Positions 36,803-45,460 of a DNA stretch of 45,460 nucleotides are shown here, in pieces. Source of the stretch: a virus (Duplodnaviria > Caudoviricetes); the IMG/VR virus record IMGVR_UViG_3300008255_000024, positions 1 through 45,460 of that record, one strand, 5' to 3'. The number at the start of each line of letters is the position of its first letter. The stretch's first letter is position 1. Position numbers and translations under genes: made by a program. A model generated the notes under the pieces. That model had not been told where the DNA came from. It ran no database searches and was given only the letters and a program-made list of their open reading frames with translations.

Positions 36803-37816
36803 ATGATTACATCTAATAGACGCTTTGGTATTGAGATAGAATTTGTAGCGCCGTCTGCTACTGCTCTTGATAAAATCCGTGGTCGGTTGAATGTAGTTGA
36901 TGATGGTTCTTTACGACCACTACTAAATGCAGGTGAGTATGTATCCGATGTTCTCCGAGGTGAAGACGGTGAGCGTTCAGTAGAGTACGCTTGCGAGATT
37001 CTTAAGAAACACGGAGCACACTCTAGTGACATAAAGACATCCGTACACGTTCATCTTGACGGAATGAAATCGCAACATGTGTTACGCTCTACAAAAGACT
37101 TCAGCAAAATTCCAACTAACCAAGCTGTGTATAGTTTATCTTCACGAATGAAGAAGACATTAAGTGAAGCACACTTTGCAGCTGCTGGCAGGGAAGGAAG
37201 ACTACAGTACCTAAATCCGAATGATAACTACGTGACGTCTTCGATTGGTAACGTACTCTACTTCTCATCTGTTACGCTTACTAGGACACCTTCGATTAAC
37301 TATACTTACTATTGGATTGAAACGCCAGACCGATTCAAATGGCTACGTAATGTGTTCTATTTCTACACACAGTTTTCTAGTGTGATGGATAGCATTGTGT
37401 CAAACTCCAGACGGTGTGGGAATATGTATTGTATTCCTCTTGCGAAGTCGTATGAACTATCAGAGATAGAGAAGTGTAAGAGTGTTGAAGACATTGCACA
37501 GGTGTGGTATAAGGGAAGAGGAATGGGTAATCACTACGATGACTCACGCTATCATAACGTAAACCTTCACTCATTCTTTGAGAGACTTGGTACTGTGGAG
37601 ATACGTTCACATGGCGGTACAATTGACCCACTAAAGATATTACTGTGGATTAAACTTCACCAAAAGATTGTTGATAAACTTGAGGATATGGAACTTGAGG
37701 ACATCAAGTTTGAGGGCAATCTATATAAGGAGTTTGTTGATTTCGTAGAAGAACCAGTATTGCAGGCTTACGTGAAGAGATTACTATGTTACTATAGTAA
37801 CATAACAGTTAAATAA
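36803..37816 (+). CDS. Putative amidoligase (glutamine synthetase-like fold)
   Basis: RRFGIEIEF, DGSL, EYVS.VL, SVHVHLD, RYHNVNL, GTVEIRSHGGT. Confidence 0.88.
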   Translation: MITSNRRFGIEIEFVAPSATALDKIRGRLNVVDDGSLRPLLNAGEYVSDVLRGEDGERSVEYACEILKKHGAHSSDIKTSVHVHLDGMKSQHVLRSTKDFSKIPTNQAVYSLSSRMKKTLSEAHFAAAGREGRLQYLNPNDNYVTSSIGNVLYFSSVTLTRTPSINYTYYWIETPDRFKWLRNVFYFYTQFSSVMDSIVSNSRRCGNMYCIPLAKSYELSEIEKCKSVEDIAQVWYKGRGMGNHYDDSRYHNVNLHSFFERLGTVEIRSHGGTIDPLKILLWIKLHQKIVDKLEDMELEDIKFEGNLYKEFVDFVEEPVLQAYVKRLLCYYSNITVK

Positions 37817-37818
37817 TT

Positions 37819-39177
37819 ATGTGCGGACTAGCATTTGCTTTTTCAAAGAGGGGTCGTGGTGTAGGCAAGCAGGTCTACGAAATGTATAAGGCGCAGGAGT
37901 CTCGTGGAAAGGAAGGGTATGGATTCATCTCTATACAAGATGGTAAGTTAGTTGCTGTTGAGCGTGCTCAGAAAGAGGATGGTATTAAGAGTAAACTTCT
38001 GGCTGATAAGTCTGAGATTATTCTCTTTCACCACCGTATGCCGACAAGTACAAAGAATACAATAGGAACAACACATCCTATCTTTGTTTCTAATCCAGAG
38101 CTAGAGTATGATTACTACGTTGCTCACAATGGTGTGATTACTAATGATGATAATCTAAAAGCTATTCATGAGAATCTTGGGTATGTGTACACAACAGAGT
38201 TCACTGAACATATCGTTGCTAAGTATAAGAACGGAGTAACAGAGGAGCTAGACGCTGACCGCCCAGTCTTCAATGATAGTGAGTGTCTTGCTATTGAACT
38301 AGCACGATACATCGAAGGACTATCGAATAGCGTAGATACAAAGGGTAGCGCAGCTTTCTGGATAGTACAGCTTGAGAAGGCAAGCACCAAGGTATTAAAC
38401 ATCTTCTATGGCAAGAACAAAGGTCGTGACTTGAAGATTACACACAATAAGAAATGGTGGGGAGTATCGTCAGAGACAGGTACTGATATCGAGAGTATGA
38501 AACTCTACTCTTTTGACATGGGAGACAAGACTTTGTATGAACAGCCACTGAATATAGACGAATCATACAAGGTAGTAAAGGTTGGATACCAGACTACACG
38601 CTACGCATACGAGGACAACAGCTACGACCGCAGCGACGTGAAGTACGGAGCAGAGAAGCAGGCAGACATCCATGCTTATGACAGTCTTGCTAACGCATAC
38701 TACAGCATGAAGGAAGCTACTGATTCAGGAGTGCCACTTAGTGAGTTCACACGCACGATGTTGAACGGGTACTACTACTACGTTCCAACTAAGTTTATTG
38801 GTAAGGACTTCGCAGAGCGACAACTGTTCTCTGCGTGGCCGTTTAATAGCGTCATTGCACTACCTACCCCAAGTACTGTTAACGTTGATGAGAAAGCACA
38901 GTTCAGATTGGAGGAGCTTTGTAACCAGTATGCTGAGAAACAGTGCCAGCAAGAGAAGTACCAGTCTCTAAATGATAAAGGTGTGTTTACCACAGAGGCG
39001 TTTAAGAAACTGAACGACGCTATTGAGCTAGACTTGCAAGAGATAGAAGAAGAAATATCTACTCTCGGTATTGATGCAGAACAAGTCGACGAAGTAATGG
39101 ACATTGCCAAAGACTTAGCTGACTACAACTACTCATTTGATTCTTACAATGAGACAGAGGTTATCCAATTCTCTTAA
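37819..39177 (+). CDS. Class II (Ntn) glutamine amidotransferase with C-terminal extension
   Basis: N-terminal MCG, RG..GYG, HHRMPT, HP, AHNGVITN, DSE. Confidence 0.9.
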   Translation: MCGLAFAFSKRGRGVGKQVYEMYKAQESRGKEGYGFISIQDGKLVAVERAQKEDGIKSKLLADKSEIILFHHRMPTSTKNTIGTTHPIFVSNPELEYDYYVAHNGVITNDDNLKAIHENLGYVYTTEFTEHIVAKYKNGVTEELDADRPVFNDSECLAIELARYIEGLSNSVDTKGSAAFWIVQLEKASTKVLNIFYGKNKGRDLKITHNKKWWGVSSETGTDIESMKLYSFDMGDKTLYEQPLNIDESYKVVKVGYQTTRYAYEDNSYDRSDVKYGAEKQADIHAYDSLANAYYSMKEATDSGVPLSEFTRTMLNGYYYYVPTKFIGKDFAERQLFSAWPFNSVIALPTPSTVNVDEKAQFRLEELCNQYAEKQCQQEKYQSLNDKGVFTTEAFKKLNDAIELDLQEIEEEISTLGIDAEQVDEVMDIAKDLADYNYSFDSYNETEVIQFS

Positions 39178-39186
39178 TAAACTATC

Positions 39187-39516
39187 ATGACACCAGAACA
39201 ACTTGAAAGGCTAAGGAACGAAGCTAGAAGATTCACGGCTCCCCCTGTTTTTCATCGAGTTGGTACCTCAATGCTAACTGCGAACATAAACGCTGTATCC
39301 TTTGACGACGACCAAGATTTCTCTGAGGAGGAGTTAATAGACGATGAGCAGATTGCTCAGCTCATGAAGAGCAGGCACCTAACCAAGGCTGAGAGACATG
39401 CACTTCATAAACCTAAGTCTGATTGGATTGAGGGCAGACGAGGAGAGGAGTGTCGAGCAGCACATGAACTACGGGTAGACGATATTGTACCAGTATCATT
39501 AAGAGTTAAGAAGTAG
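39187..39516 (+). CDS. Hypothetical protein
   Basis: 109 aa, follows GATase. Confidence 0.6.
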   Translation: MTPEQLERLRNEARRFTAPPVFHRVGTSMLTANINAVSFDDDQDFSEEELIDDEQIAQLMKSRHLTKAERHALHKPKSDWIEGRRGEECRAAHELRVDDIVPVSLRVKK

Positions 39517-39574
39517 CATAACAACATACGTATGTCTAAGTCAACGCTGGTCGTTAGACCACCTTAAAAGAAAT

Positions 39575-39945
39575 AGTAGTCAGAGTGTGCCATAGGGTTG
39601 CACCATGAGTACGCCCCTTGTAGATACGACGAAACTCTATACCCTGTATCTCTTACGAGACTCAGATATAGTTTCGACAGAACGATTCGTTCTCTGCACA
39701 TACAGCCAAGGTCTTTCGCTACGTTTATTACAACGATTCACCCAGATTGACAAGATATTTTAAGTGCCTGTATGCAGTATAGGGTATTCCCTTAGTCTAC
39801 GTGGCACTGTGGATTGTTTACCACTGTCATCCTTTGCATACCATAGGTATTGCACGCTGGTTTCACCAGTCATAGGAGTCCTCCAACGATATGAGATTAT
39901 AGTGTAAACGTTGGCATGGTCTACGCCCCTCACACTCTGATTACT
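39575..39945 (-). ncRNA. ~370-nt structured RNA candidate transcribed opposite to the flanking genes
   Basis: 15-bp closing stem 39575-39589/39931-39945; minus-strand GTAA and GAAA loops; dedicated promoter at 39964-39992. Confidence 0.65.
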
Positions 39946-39963
39946 TCTAATCAAGTAACCCAC

Positions 39964-39992
39964 ATTATATCATACTACTTAATTTTTGTCAA
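39964..39992 (-). promoter_or_regulatory. Sigma70-type promoter driving the minus-strand RNA
   Basis: TTGACA-17 nt-TATAAT with TG extension. Confidence 0.88.
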
Positions 39993-40032
39993 GTCCCCAA
40001 GAATATGGCTATGAATAAGGTTATTATAACGC

Positions 40033-40061
40033 TTTACTTTTAGCATAGAGTATGATATACT
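40033..40061 (+). promoter_or_regulatory. Sigma70-like promoter (ATP-grasp/replication genes)
   Basis: TTTACT-17 nt-TATACT with TG extension. Confidence 0.7.
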
Positions 40062-40078
40062 ATAGGGAATAATAACAA

Positions 40079-40141
40079 ATGGCAGAACTTGCAGTTGTGT
40101 TAGTCCTCATTGGACTAATGGCAGTAATTTTAAAAGATTAA
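40079..40141 (+). CDS. 20-aa hydrophobic micropeptide
   Basis: MAELAVVLVLIGLMAVILKD*; first ORF after the promoter. Confidence 0.5.
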   Translation: MAELAVVLVLIGLMAVILKD

Positions 40142-40150
40142 ATAATCATT

Positions 40151-41038
40151 ATGACCTTTCGCATTTATCCATACAAAGTAGGTACTGCTTCAGTACAGAA
40201 ACTCAAGTCAGAACTTGATGCACTTATCATTAGAACAGAAAACTCACGCTATCGTTTTAGTCCAGAGCATATCATTATCAACTGGGGTAACTCACGTCGA
40301 CCATCGTGGATGACTGAAGAGATAGACGATTTTATATTAAACAAACCAGAAGCGGTAGCAGTAGCAGCCAACAAGCTAAGAACTCTACAGTTACTAACAG
40401 AAAGTGGGGTTCCAACCATACCATGGACTACGATGAAGAGTGATGCTGAGTTCTGGGCTAACACAGCAAATAAAGTATACGCCCGACATGTACTAGATGG
40501 GCATAGTGGGGAGGGGATTGAGGTAATACAAGCAAACGAGAATCTAGAGGCTGGGCGTATGCAGGACATTGCAAACGAGCTATACTCACTAGGAAAAGCT
40601 AGTTTAGCTGAGGCGGTTGAAGAACAGATAGAATTAACAAACGTAGAAGTACCTGACGCACCGTTGTACACACTAGGTGTAGAGAATCATGGTGAGTATC
40701 GAGTACATGTGTTTGATGGTGATGTAATCCTTTACCAGAAGAAGTCACGGCGAGTAGACGAGGATGGTGAGATTATTACAGCAGACGGAGAGGAAGCAGA
40801 TGTCCGCAACCTAGCTAGTAATTGGGTTTACCGAACAGGGAATCTTAATCGACTAGAACGTATAGAAGAACTGGCGCTCAATGCTGTAGCCTCTCTAGGT
40901 CTAGACTTCGGTGCAGTAGACATCATCATGGATGAGAACTTGGATGTCTTCGTGTTAGAAGTCAATACAGCCCCAGGTTTGGGCAATGAAGATAGTTTAG
41001 TAGCATATGTTGAGGCGTTTAATAGTTTGGTTAACTAA
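40151..41038 (+). CDS. ATP-grasp ligase (RimK/phiEco32-like)
   Basis: INWG, LNKPEAV..AANK, GHSGEGI, EYRVHVF, RN, LGLDFGAVDI, VLEVNTAPG. Confidence 0.92.
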   Translation: MTFRIYPYKVGTASVQKLKSELDALIIRTENSRYRFSPEHIIINWGNSRRPSWMTEEIDDFILNKPEAVAVAANKLRTLQLLTESGVPTIPWTTMKSDAEFWANTANKVYARHVLDGHSGEGIEVIQANENLEAGRMQDIANELYSLGKASLAEAVEEQIELTNVEVPDAPLYTLGVENHGEYRVHVFDGDVILYQKKSRRVDEDGEIITADGEEADVRNLASNWVYRTGNLNRLERIEELALNAVASLGLDFGAVDIIMDENLDVFVLEVNTAPGLGNEDSLVAYVEAFNSLVN

Positions 41039-41098
41039 CACCCCCATGCCAAAAGCCAATCAGGAGATTGAGAGGATTGTGAGGGAATTAAAATATGT

Positions 41099-41227
41099 AT
41101 GCTAACATTAACAGCAGAGATACAAGCACCACAACTATCACCACAGGATTACGAACATCTAAAGATTGTTCTTGAGAAAGAGTTAAGTCGTAATGGTACT
41201 GTAGTAAAGATTACTGGCCAGCTATAG
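41099..41227 (+). CDS. Hypothetical protein (42 aa)
   Basis: Manual translation MLTLTAEIQAPQLSPQDYEHLKIVLEKELSRNGTVVKITGQL. Confidence 0.45.
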   Translation: MLTLTAEIQAPQLSPQDYEHLKIVLEKELSRNGTVVKITGQL

Positions 41228-41231
41228 TATA

Positions 41232-41308
41232 CCCTCTGTGAGGCCACAGAATGCCCGTGGTTGAGTTTAAATCTCGAAGATGATATAAGTATCAAGTATG
41301 CAATTTAA
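41232..41308. repeat. Dispersed phased-tract element, copy C
   Basis: ATGCCC-N10-TTAAATCTCGAAGATGATATAAGTATCA. Confidence 0.65.
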
Positions 41309-41594
41309 TACAGAATATGATGAGGTATCAGATGAATTTACCATCACTCTTAAGATACCAAAGAGACAGAGTGGTGAGTACACGTATGGTGATGGCAGAT
41401 ATACAGTAGATAATGTAATGGTCTGTATAGATAAGAAGTACAATGTCTATACATTGAACTACGTTATCTATCTTGACTATAAAGATAGTCTACAGTTAGG
41501 CAATCCAATTCTCCACTTTGATAATGAGAAAGAAGCGGTAAAATTTGCAAACGATTATAAGTTAATGATTCAATACAGTGGATATAAAGACTAA
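41298..41594 (+). CDS. Hypothetical protein
   Basis: 98 aa, overlaps primase-helicase start. Confidence 0.6.
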   Translation: MQFNTEYDEVSDEFTITLKIPKRQSGEYTYGDGRYTVDNVMVCIDKKYNVYTLNYVIYLDYKDSLQLGNPILHFDNEKEAVKFANDYKLMIQYSGYKD

Positions 41595-43029
41595 GATACA
41601 ATCATTACAACAAACTCTTAATACATCTTATGAAAGACCAAGTATTGAGAAGCTTGAGGGGATGGTTGCTAACCTAAGAGGTAGCCCTGGATACACGTAT
41701 CTTACCGAGAAGCGAGGGCTGACCGACGCCACTCTAGAATATTTTAAACTAGGGTATGACGAGAAGAAGAAAGCCATTGCTATCCCACACTTTAAGGAAG
41801 GAGAACTTATTAACATTAAGTATCGTTTCTTAAAACCAAAGGACGTTCGGTACATAGGTGAAGCAGGTGCAGAACCTTGGCTATTCCATGAAGCAGGATT
41901 GGAAGTAGCTAAAGAGAAGGGTGCTGTGTTTATATCCGAGGGAGAGATTGATGCTATGAGTCTGTGGCAGATGGGAGTGAAGAACGTCATCAGCTCAGGC
42001 TCAGGCGCACAATCATACGGACCTTGGATAGAACTCATTGACCCAATCAAGCAGGTATGGATAGCGTATGATAACGACGGTCCTGGACAATCAGCAGCTA
42101 AAGATTTGGCTGACCGTATTGGACTAGAGAAGTGTCGCAACGTTATCTATCCCGAAGGAACAAAAGACGCAAACGATTATCTTCAAGGTCATGACTCAAA
42201 TGACTTACGAGAATTGTTTGCAAAGTCACCACCATTTTATAAGTACGAGTTCTCTGGATTAAGTGACGTGATTCAGAGAATCATCGACGACCCGATGGAC
42301 TACCTTGAAGTCACATTACTTCCTGGTGTGAAGCTTGAAAGAGACCAGCTAGTTGTATTATCTGGTAACACGAATGCAGGCAAGTCCACAGTATGTTTGA
42401 ATATTATTAAGGAGCTGGCAGGCAGAGAGATTCCAACCCTCTTCATGCCGTTTGAGCGAGGAGTGTATTCTCTAGGACGCAGGTATGTGCAGATTGCTTT
42501 AGGTAAAACCCAAGAGCAAATGCAATTTACCTCCAAAGAGGAGTGGGCTAAGCTAGCCATTGAACTATCGCAACAACCAGTATACTTAGCTGTACCAGAC
42601 AGAAACAAGATTGTAGAAACAATAACTCGGGCTCGTAGATTATTCGGTGTAAAGATGGTTATTATCGACCACCTTGATTACGTCGTAAGAAATATATCAA
42701 GTAACAGGGAACAGGCTATTGCTGATACGGTGCAGTCGATGAAGAGATTAGCAGAAACACTTGGTATCATTATCATTATAGTCACACATGTTAGGAAGCT
42801 TGACGAACCAGGCGCAGTAGCCACTCGTAAGCCTAATTTGGATGACCTCAAGGGCAGTTCGTCACTTAAACAAGACCCCGAAGTAGTAGCGATGTTAAAC
42901 CCTACCGCAGATAGGCGTGGTATTGCAGTAGATATCCTTAAGAATAAAGGACCTATGCTATCACATACGTTTAACATTAACAATGATACAGGTGTAATTC
43001 TAGGAGATTATGACCCAGACGATTGGTAG
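41578..43029 (+). CDS. Primase-helicase (TOPRIM plus DnaB/SF4) lacking the N-terminal zinc domain
   Basis: ISEGEIDAMS, AYDNDGPG, KDAND; Walker A GNTNAGKS, IIDHL, VTHVRK, DLKGSSSLKQD, KNK. Confidence 0.93.
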   Translation: MDIKTKIQSLQQTLNTSYERPSIEKLEGMVANLRGSPGYTYLTEKRGLTDATLEYFKLGYDEKKKAIAIPHFKEGELINIKYRFLKPKDVRYIGEAGAEPWLFHEAGLEVAKEKGAVFISEGEIDAMSLWQMGVKNVISSGSGAQSYGPWIELIDPIKQVWIAYDNDGPGQSAAKDLADRIGLEKCRNVIYPEGTKDANDYLQGHDSNDLRELFAKSPPFYKYEFSGLSDVIQRIIDDPMDYLEVTLLPGVKLERDQLVVLSGNTNAGKSTVCLNIIKELAGREIPTLFMPFERGVYSLGRRYVQIALGKTQEQMQFTSKEEWAKLAIELSQQPVYLAVPDRNKIVETITRARRLFGVKMVIIDHLDYVVRNISSNREQAIADTVQSMKRLAETLGIIIIIVTHVRKLDEPGAVATRKPNLDDLKGSSSLKQDPEVVAMLNPTADRRGIAVDILKNKGPMLSHTFNINNDTGVILGDYDPDDW

Positions 43030-43264
43030 TCCTGAAGAGCTGAGGGTAGTGCCACTACACCCACTCTTTGGAAGGACTGATAGACACAGAAGAGCAAAGG
43101 TGTGTTGCCCATTCCATGGTGATAAGAACCCAAGCATGGTTATCTTCCCTAATGGTGGATATAACTGCTTTGCTTGTGGTGCTCATGGTAATTCAATTGA
43201 CTTCTGTGTCAACATGGGACAGACATATCAAGAAGCATTAGAGGAACTAGCGAAGTATCGTTAG
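43010..43264 (+). CDS. Stand-alone primase CHC2 zinc finger
   Basis: CCPFHGDKNPS...YNCFACGAHGNSIDF. Confidence 0.9.
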   Translation: MTQTIGSPEELRVVPLHPLFGRTDRHRRAKVCCPFHGDKNPSMVIFPNGGYNCFACGAHGNSIDFCVNMGQTYQEALEELAKYR

Positions 43265-43292
43265 ACACATTAGAAATATTAATTAAATATAA

Positions 43293-43664
43293 ATGATTAT
43301 AACAATTAAGAAAGTATCACGTGACTTACGTGAGGGTATTAGCAAGAAGACTGGTAAGCAGTATAGCTTTGAGTCACTTGGTATTGCACCAGCAGAAGAT
43401 AAGCTTACAGACATTAATGGTGATGAGTTTGACCGCAACTCACGTTGGATTAACGGCTTCTCTAAGAAGGGAGTCACTGATGACTGGGCAGAGGGAGATA
43501 AAGTAAAGATTCTTTTGCTCCGTCGTAAGGTACCAGGTCGTGATGGTGTCGAGAAAGAGGTGATTAACTTCTCCTTACCTGAGGGCGTAGAACCTATGGT
43601 GCAGAAGGCTAGTACTGAATCACCAGCTCCAGATAAAGATGACGTAGACCCAACTGACTGGTAA
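43293..43664 (+). CDS. Single-stranded DNA-binding protein (putative)
   Basis: Beta-rich body, GISKKTGKQY loop, acidic tail DKDDVDPTDW; replication module. Confidence 0.6.
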   Translation: MIITIKKVSRDLREGISKKTGKQYSFESLGIAPAEDKLTDINGDEFDRNSRWINGFSKKGVTDDWAEGDKVKILLLRRKVPGRDGVEKEVINFSLPEGVEPMVQKASTESPAPDKDDVDPTDW

Positions 43665-43665
43665 T

Positions 43666-44130
43666 ATGAATAACATTCAACTACTAGCACAAGCATACCG
43701 ACAGTTCTTGCTCCAACTTGGAAGAGAGTTTAAGTTAGTAAGAGATGAAGCTTCGTATGAAGGATATGCTGATACATTCATTGATGCTGTCAAGTCACCA
43801 GAGATAGGATTCACACCATCAGAGGTCCAAACTTTGATTAAGATGTATGATATGTTCTGTCTATTGGACATTAATGACCTACCTAGCCACCACTCTATGA
43901 AGATGATGGTAAATAAAAAGGTAGACATGGATGTTCTTGAGTCTGCTAAAACATTATCAGTGACAGATTTTAAAGAGTCTCTCAAAGATAAAGAACTTGG
44001 AACACAAGATAGGTCATACAAGTATGAGATTATTAAACGTGTAGTGGAGTCAGGTTCTATCCGTAGAGTATACGGAGAGGAACTTGATGAAGCACTTAAA
44101 CAACTACAAAAAAATGCTGGACTACGATGA
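43666..44130 (+). CDS. Hypothetical protein
   Basis: 154 aa, tightly packed. Confidence 0.7.
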   Translation: MNNIQLLAQAYRQFLLQLGREFKLVRDEASYEGYADTFIDAVKSPEIGFTPSEVQTLIKMYDMFCLLDINDLPSHHSMKMMVNKKVDMDVLESAKTLSVTDFKESLKDKELGTQDRSYKYEIIKRVVESGSIRRVYGEELDEALKQLQKNAGLR

Positions 44131-44323
44131 AGATGAACAAGAGTATGATTATGTAGACATTGATGCCACAGTAGAAGCCATACGTGCAGCTTGGAAGTGT
44201 GTGCCTGATACATCGCTCTCAGAACCCTTGGACTTGGTAACACCAATGCCATTTGTAGAACTAAAGAATTCAGAATTGATTGAAGTATTGAACGAGTTTA
44301 CACATCAGAATTTTCAACCATGA
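44114..44323 (+). CDS. Hypothetical acidic protein
   Basis: Probable start ATG44114; ATGA coupling downstream. Confidence 0.6.
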   Translation: MLDYDEDEQEYDYVDIDATVEAIRAAWKCVPDTSLSEPLDLVTPMPFVELKNSELIEVLNEFTHQNFQP

Positions 44324-44550
44324 AATTACACGTACTTCCATGGACACCTAGTGGGTATGCTGTTTTCCTAGAAGGAGAGTCTCCTTTAGAAAATAAGGAA
44401 GGCTCAGTAGAAAATCCATATACGTTCAAAACACTACGTGGTGCTGAGAAGTTTGTTGTAGACCTGGTGTCTGGATACGTTGATGATATAGAAATTTTCT
44501 TTCATGATGATGATGGTAGGATTATTAATCAAGTAAGCAACATTGAATGA
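44320..44550 (+). CDS. Hypothetical protein
   Basis: 76 aa; ATGA couplings on both sides. Confidence 0.65.
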   Translation: MKLHVLPWTPSGYAVFLEGESPLENKEGSVENPYTFKTLRGAEKFVVDLVSGYVDDIEIFFHDDDGRIINQVSNIE

Positions 44551-45413
44551 TTTACAAAATTGAGGCCACAATTCCCACGACACAATATGGAAACATACGT
44601 CCTACGTTTGAGTTGGAGAATGATGGAGAAGAAAGCCTCGCCCTTGAGAAATTGCACGCACTATGGGCAAAGTATGGGGAGAAGCCTTTAAACGTCTCTA
44701 CAGGGCAAATAGAGGGCAATAAACGCAAGCCAGAAGCTGGCTCGGTTCCGCTAGAGGAGCGCCAGACATTCACCAGAGAGGTAATTATGTGGGATGAGGC
44801 AGCTCACAAGTACTACGACAAGGAAGGCAATGTACTTATGTCAGCTTCTCAGTATGCAGAGAAGAACTCACCAAAGTTTGACCTCGATATGATGCTTCCT
44901 AAGACTGCTAAGTCATGGGATGTAGAAGAAGCAGCTCTCAAAGATGTATGGAAGATGAACTCTGATATCTCAAACCATTGGGGCTCAGCTATTCATAAGG
45001 CACTGGAATTGTACCACCAGTATCACTCACTCGGAGAGAAGGTGCAGCAGAAGAAAGAGCTTGATATAAACTACGTGCTACCAAAGAACTCCTACCTTCG
45101 GAAGATTGTGCTCGAGTTCGTCGATAGTTACGGAGCTGATGCCTTATCAGAGGTGCTTGTGTCAGACGTAGCCAATGGTATGGCTGGCACCATTGACAGG
45201 CTCTCTGTTAACGGCAAGAAGGTACGCATTGGTGACTACAAAACTAATGCTGAGATGGATAGCAAGAAGTTACTGAAGTATCAGAAACAACTAAGCTTCT
45301 ATGCTCACATCCTTATTAATAAAGGATACGAAGTAGAAGGTCTAGACCTATATTATCTCAATGCAGATGATGGTTGGTCATTACAAACTCTAGAGTTATT
45401 ACCATTAGAATAA
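44547..45413 (+). CDS. PD-(D/E)XK exonuclease (RecB/Cas4-like)
   Basis: GSAIH..LE, SEVLV, AGTIDRL, IGDYKT, YQKQLSFY. Confidence 0.88.
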   Translation: MIYKIEATIPTTQYGNIRPTFELENDGEESLALEKLHALWAKYGEKPLNVSTGQIEGNKRKPEAGSVPLEERQTFTREVIMWDEAAHKYYDKEGNVLMSASQYAEKNSPKFDLDMMLPKTAKSWDVEEAALKDVWKMNSDISNHWGSAIHKALELYHQYHSLGEKVQQKKELDINYVLPKNSYLRKIVLEFVDSYGADALSEVLVSDVANGMAGTIDRLSVNGKKVRIGDYKTNAEMDSKKLLKYQKQLSFYAHILINKGYEVEGLDLYYLNADDGWSLQTLELLPLE

Positions 45414-45460
45414 AAATATGGCATTTAAGAAGATTAAAGCAGGACTTAAGAAGGCAGTTA
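45338..45460. repeat. Terminal overlap copy 2
   Basis: Identical to 1-123. Confidence 0.97.

Noticed and set aside
39760-39963. 67-aa minus-strand ORF
   Set aside because: Its GTG abuts the -10 box, upstream of the expected TSS; no protein-like motif
1-45460. CRISPR array, DGR/retron reverse transcriptase, integrase, IS element, DNA or RNA polymerase
   Set aside because: No regularly spaced repeats or diagnostic motifs seen in the sequence or ORF track

Overview
This is a complete, circularly assembled dsDNA tailed-phage genome of about 45,337 bp (nt 1-123 = nt 45338-45460, an assembly overlap). It looks podovirus-like: TerS, TerL, P22-type portal, scaffold, major capsid, tail fibres and ejection proteins, with no tape measure. 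I found no integrase, DNA polymerase or RNA polymerase. There are two arms. The minus strand (31825->8015) carries morphogenesis genes. The plus strand (32.5 kb, wrapping to 7.85 kb) carries a phiEco32-like amidoligase/GATase/ATP-grasp/GGCT cluster, a split primase-helicase, nucleases, dNMP kinase, lysis enzymes and a GroEL/GroES pair. Near-perfect TTGACA-17-TGnTATAAT promoters with mostly SD-less A-rich starts suggest a Patescibacteria (CPR)-type host (inference only). Most unusual: (1) a ~1-kb ORF-poor, densely paired ornate ncRNA candidate (32.6-33.6 kb), plus five more long-stem structured RNA candidates; (2) a 70-nt tmRNA-like domain with no tag-coding region, beside two malformed tRNAs; (3) a class Id-like RNR beta gene inside the head operon with no alpha subunit, coupled to an unannotated 42-aa ORF resembling the alpha C-terminal CxxC tail; (4) four dispersed phased-tract DNA elements. 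All calls are from manual motif reading; no searches or folding were run.
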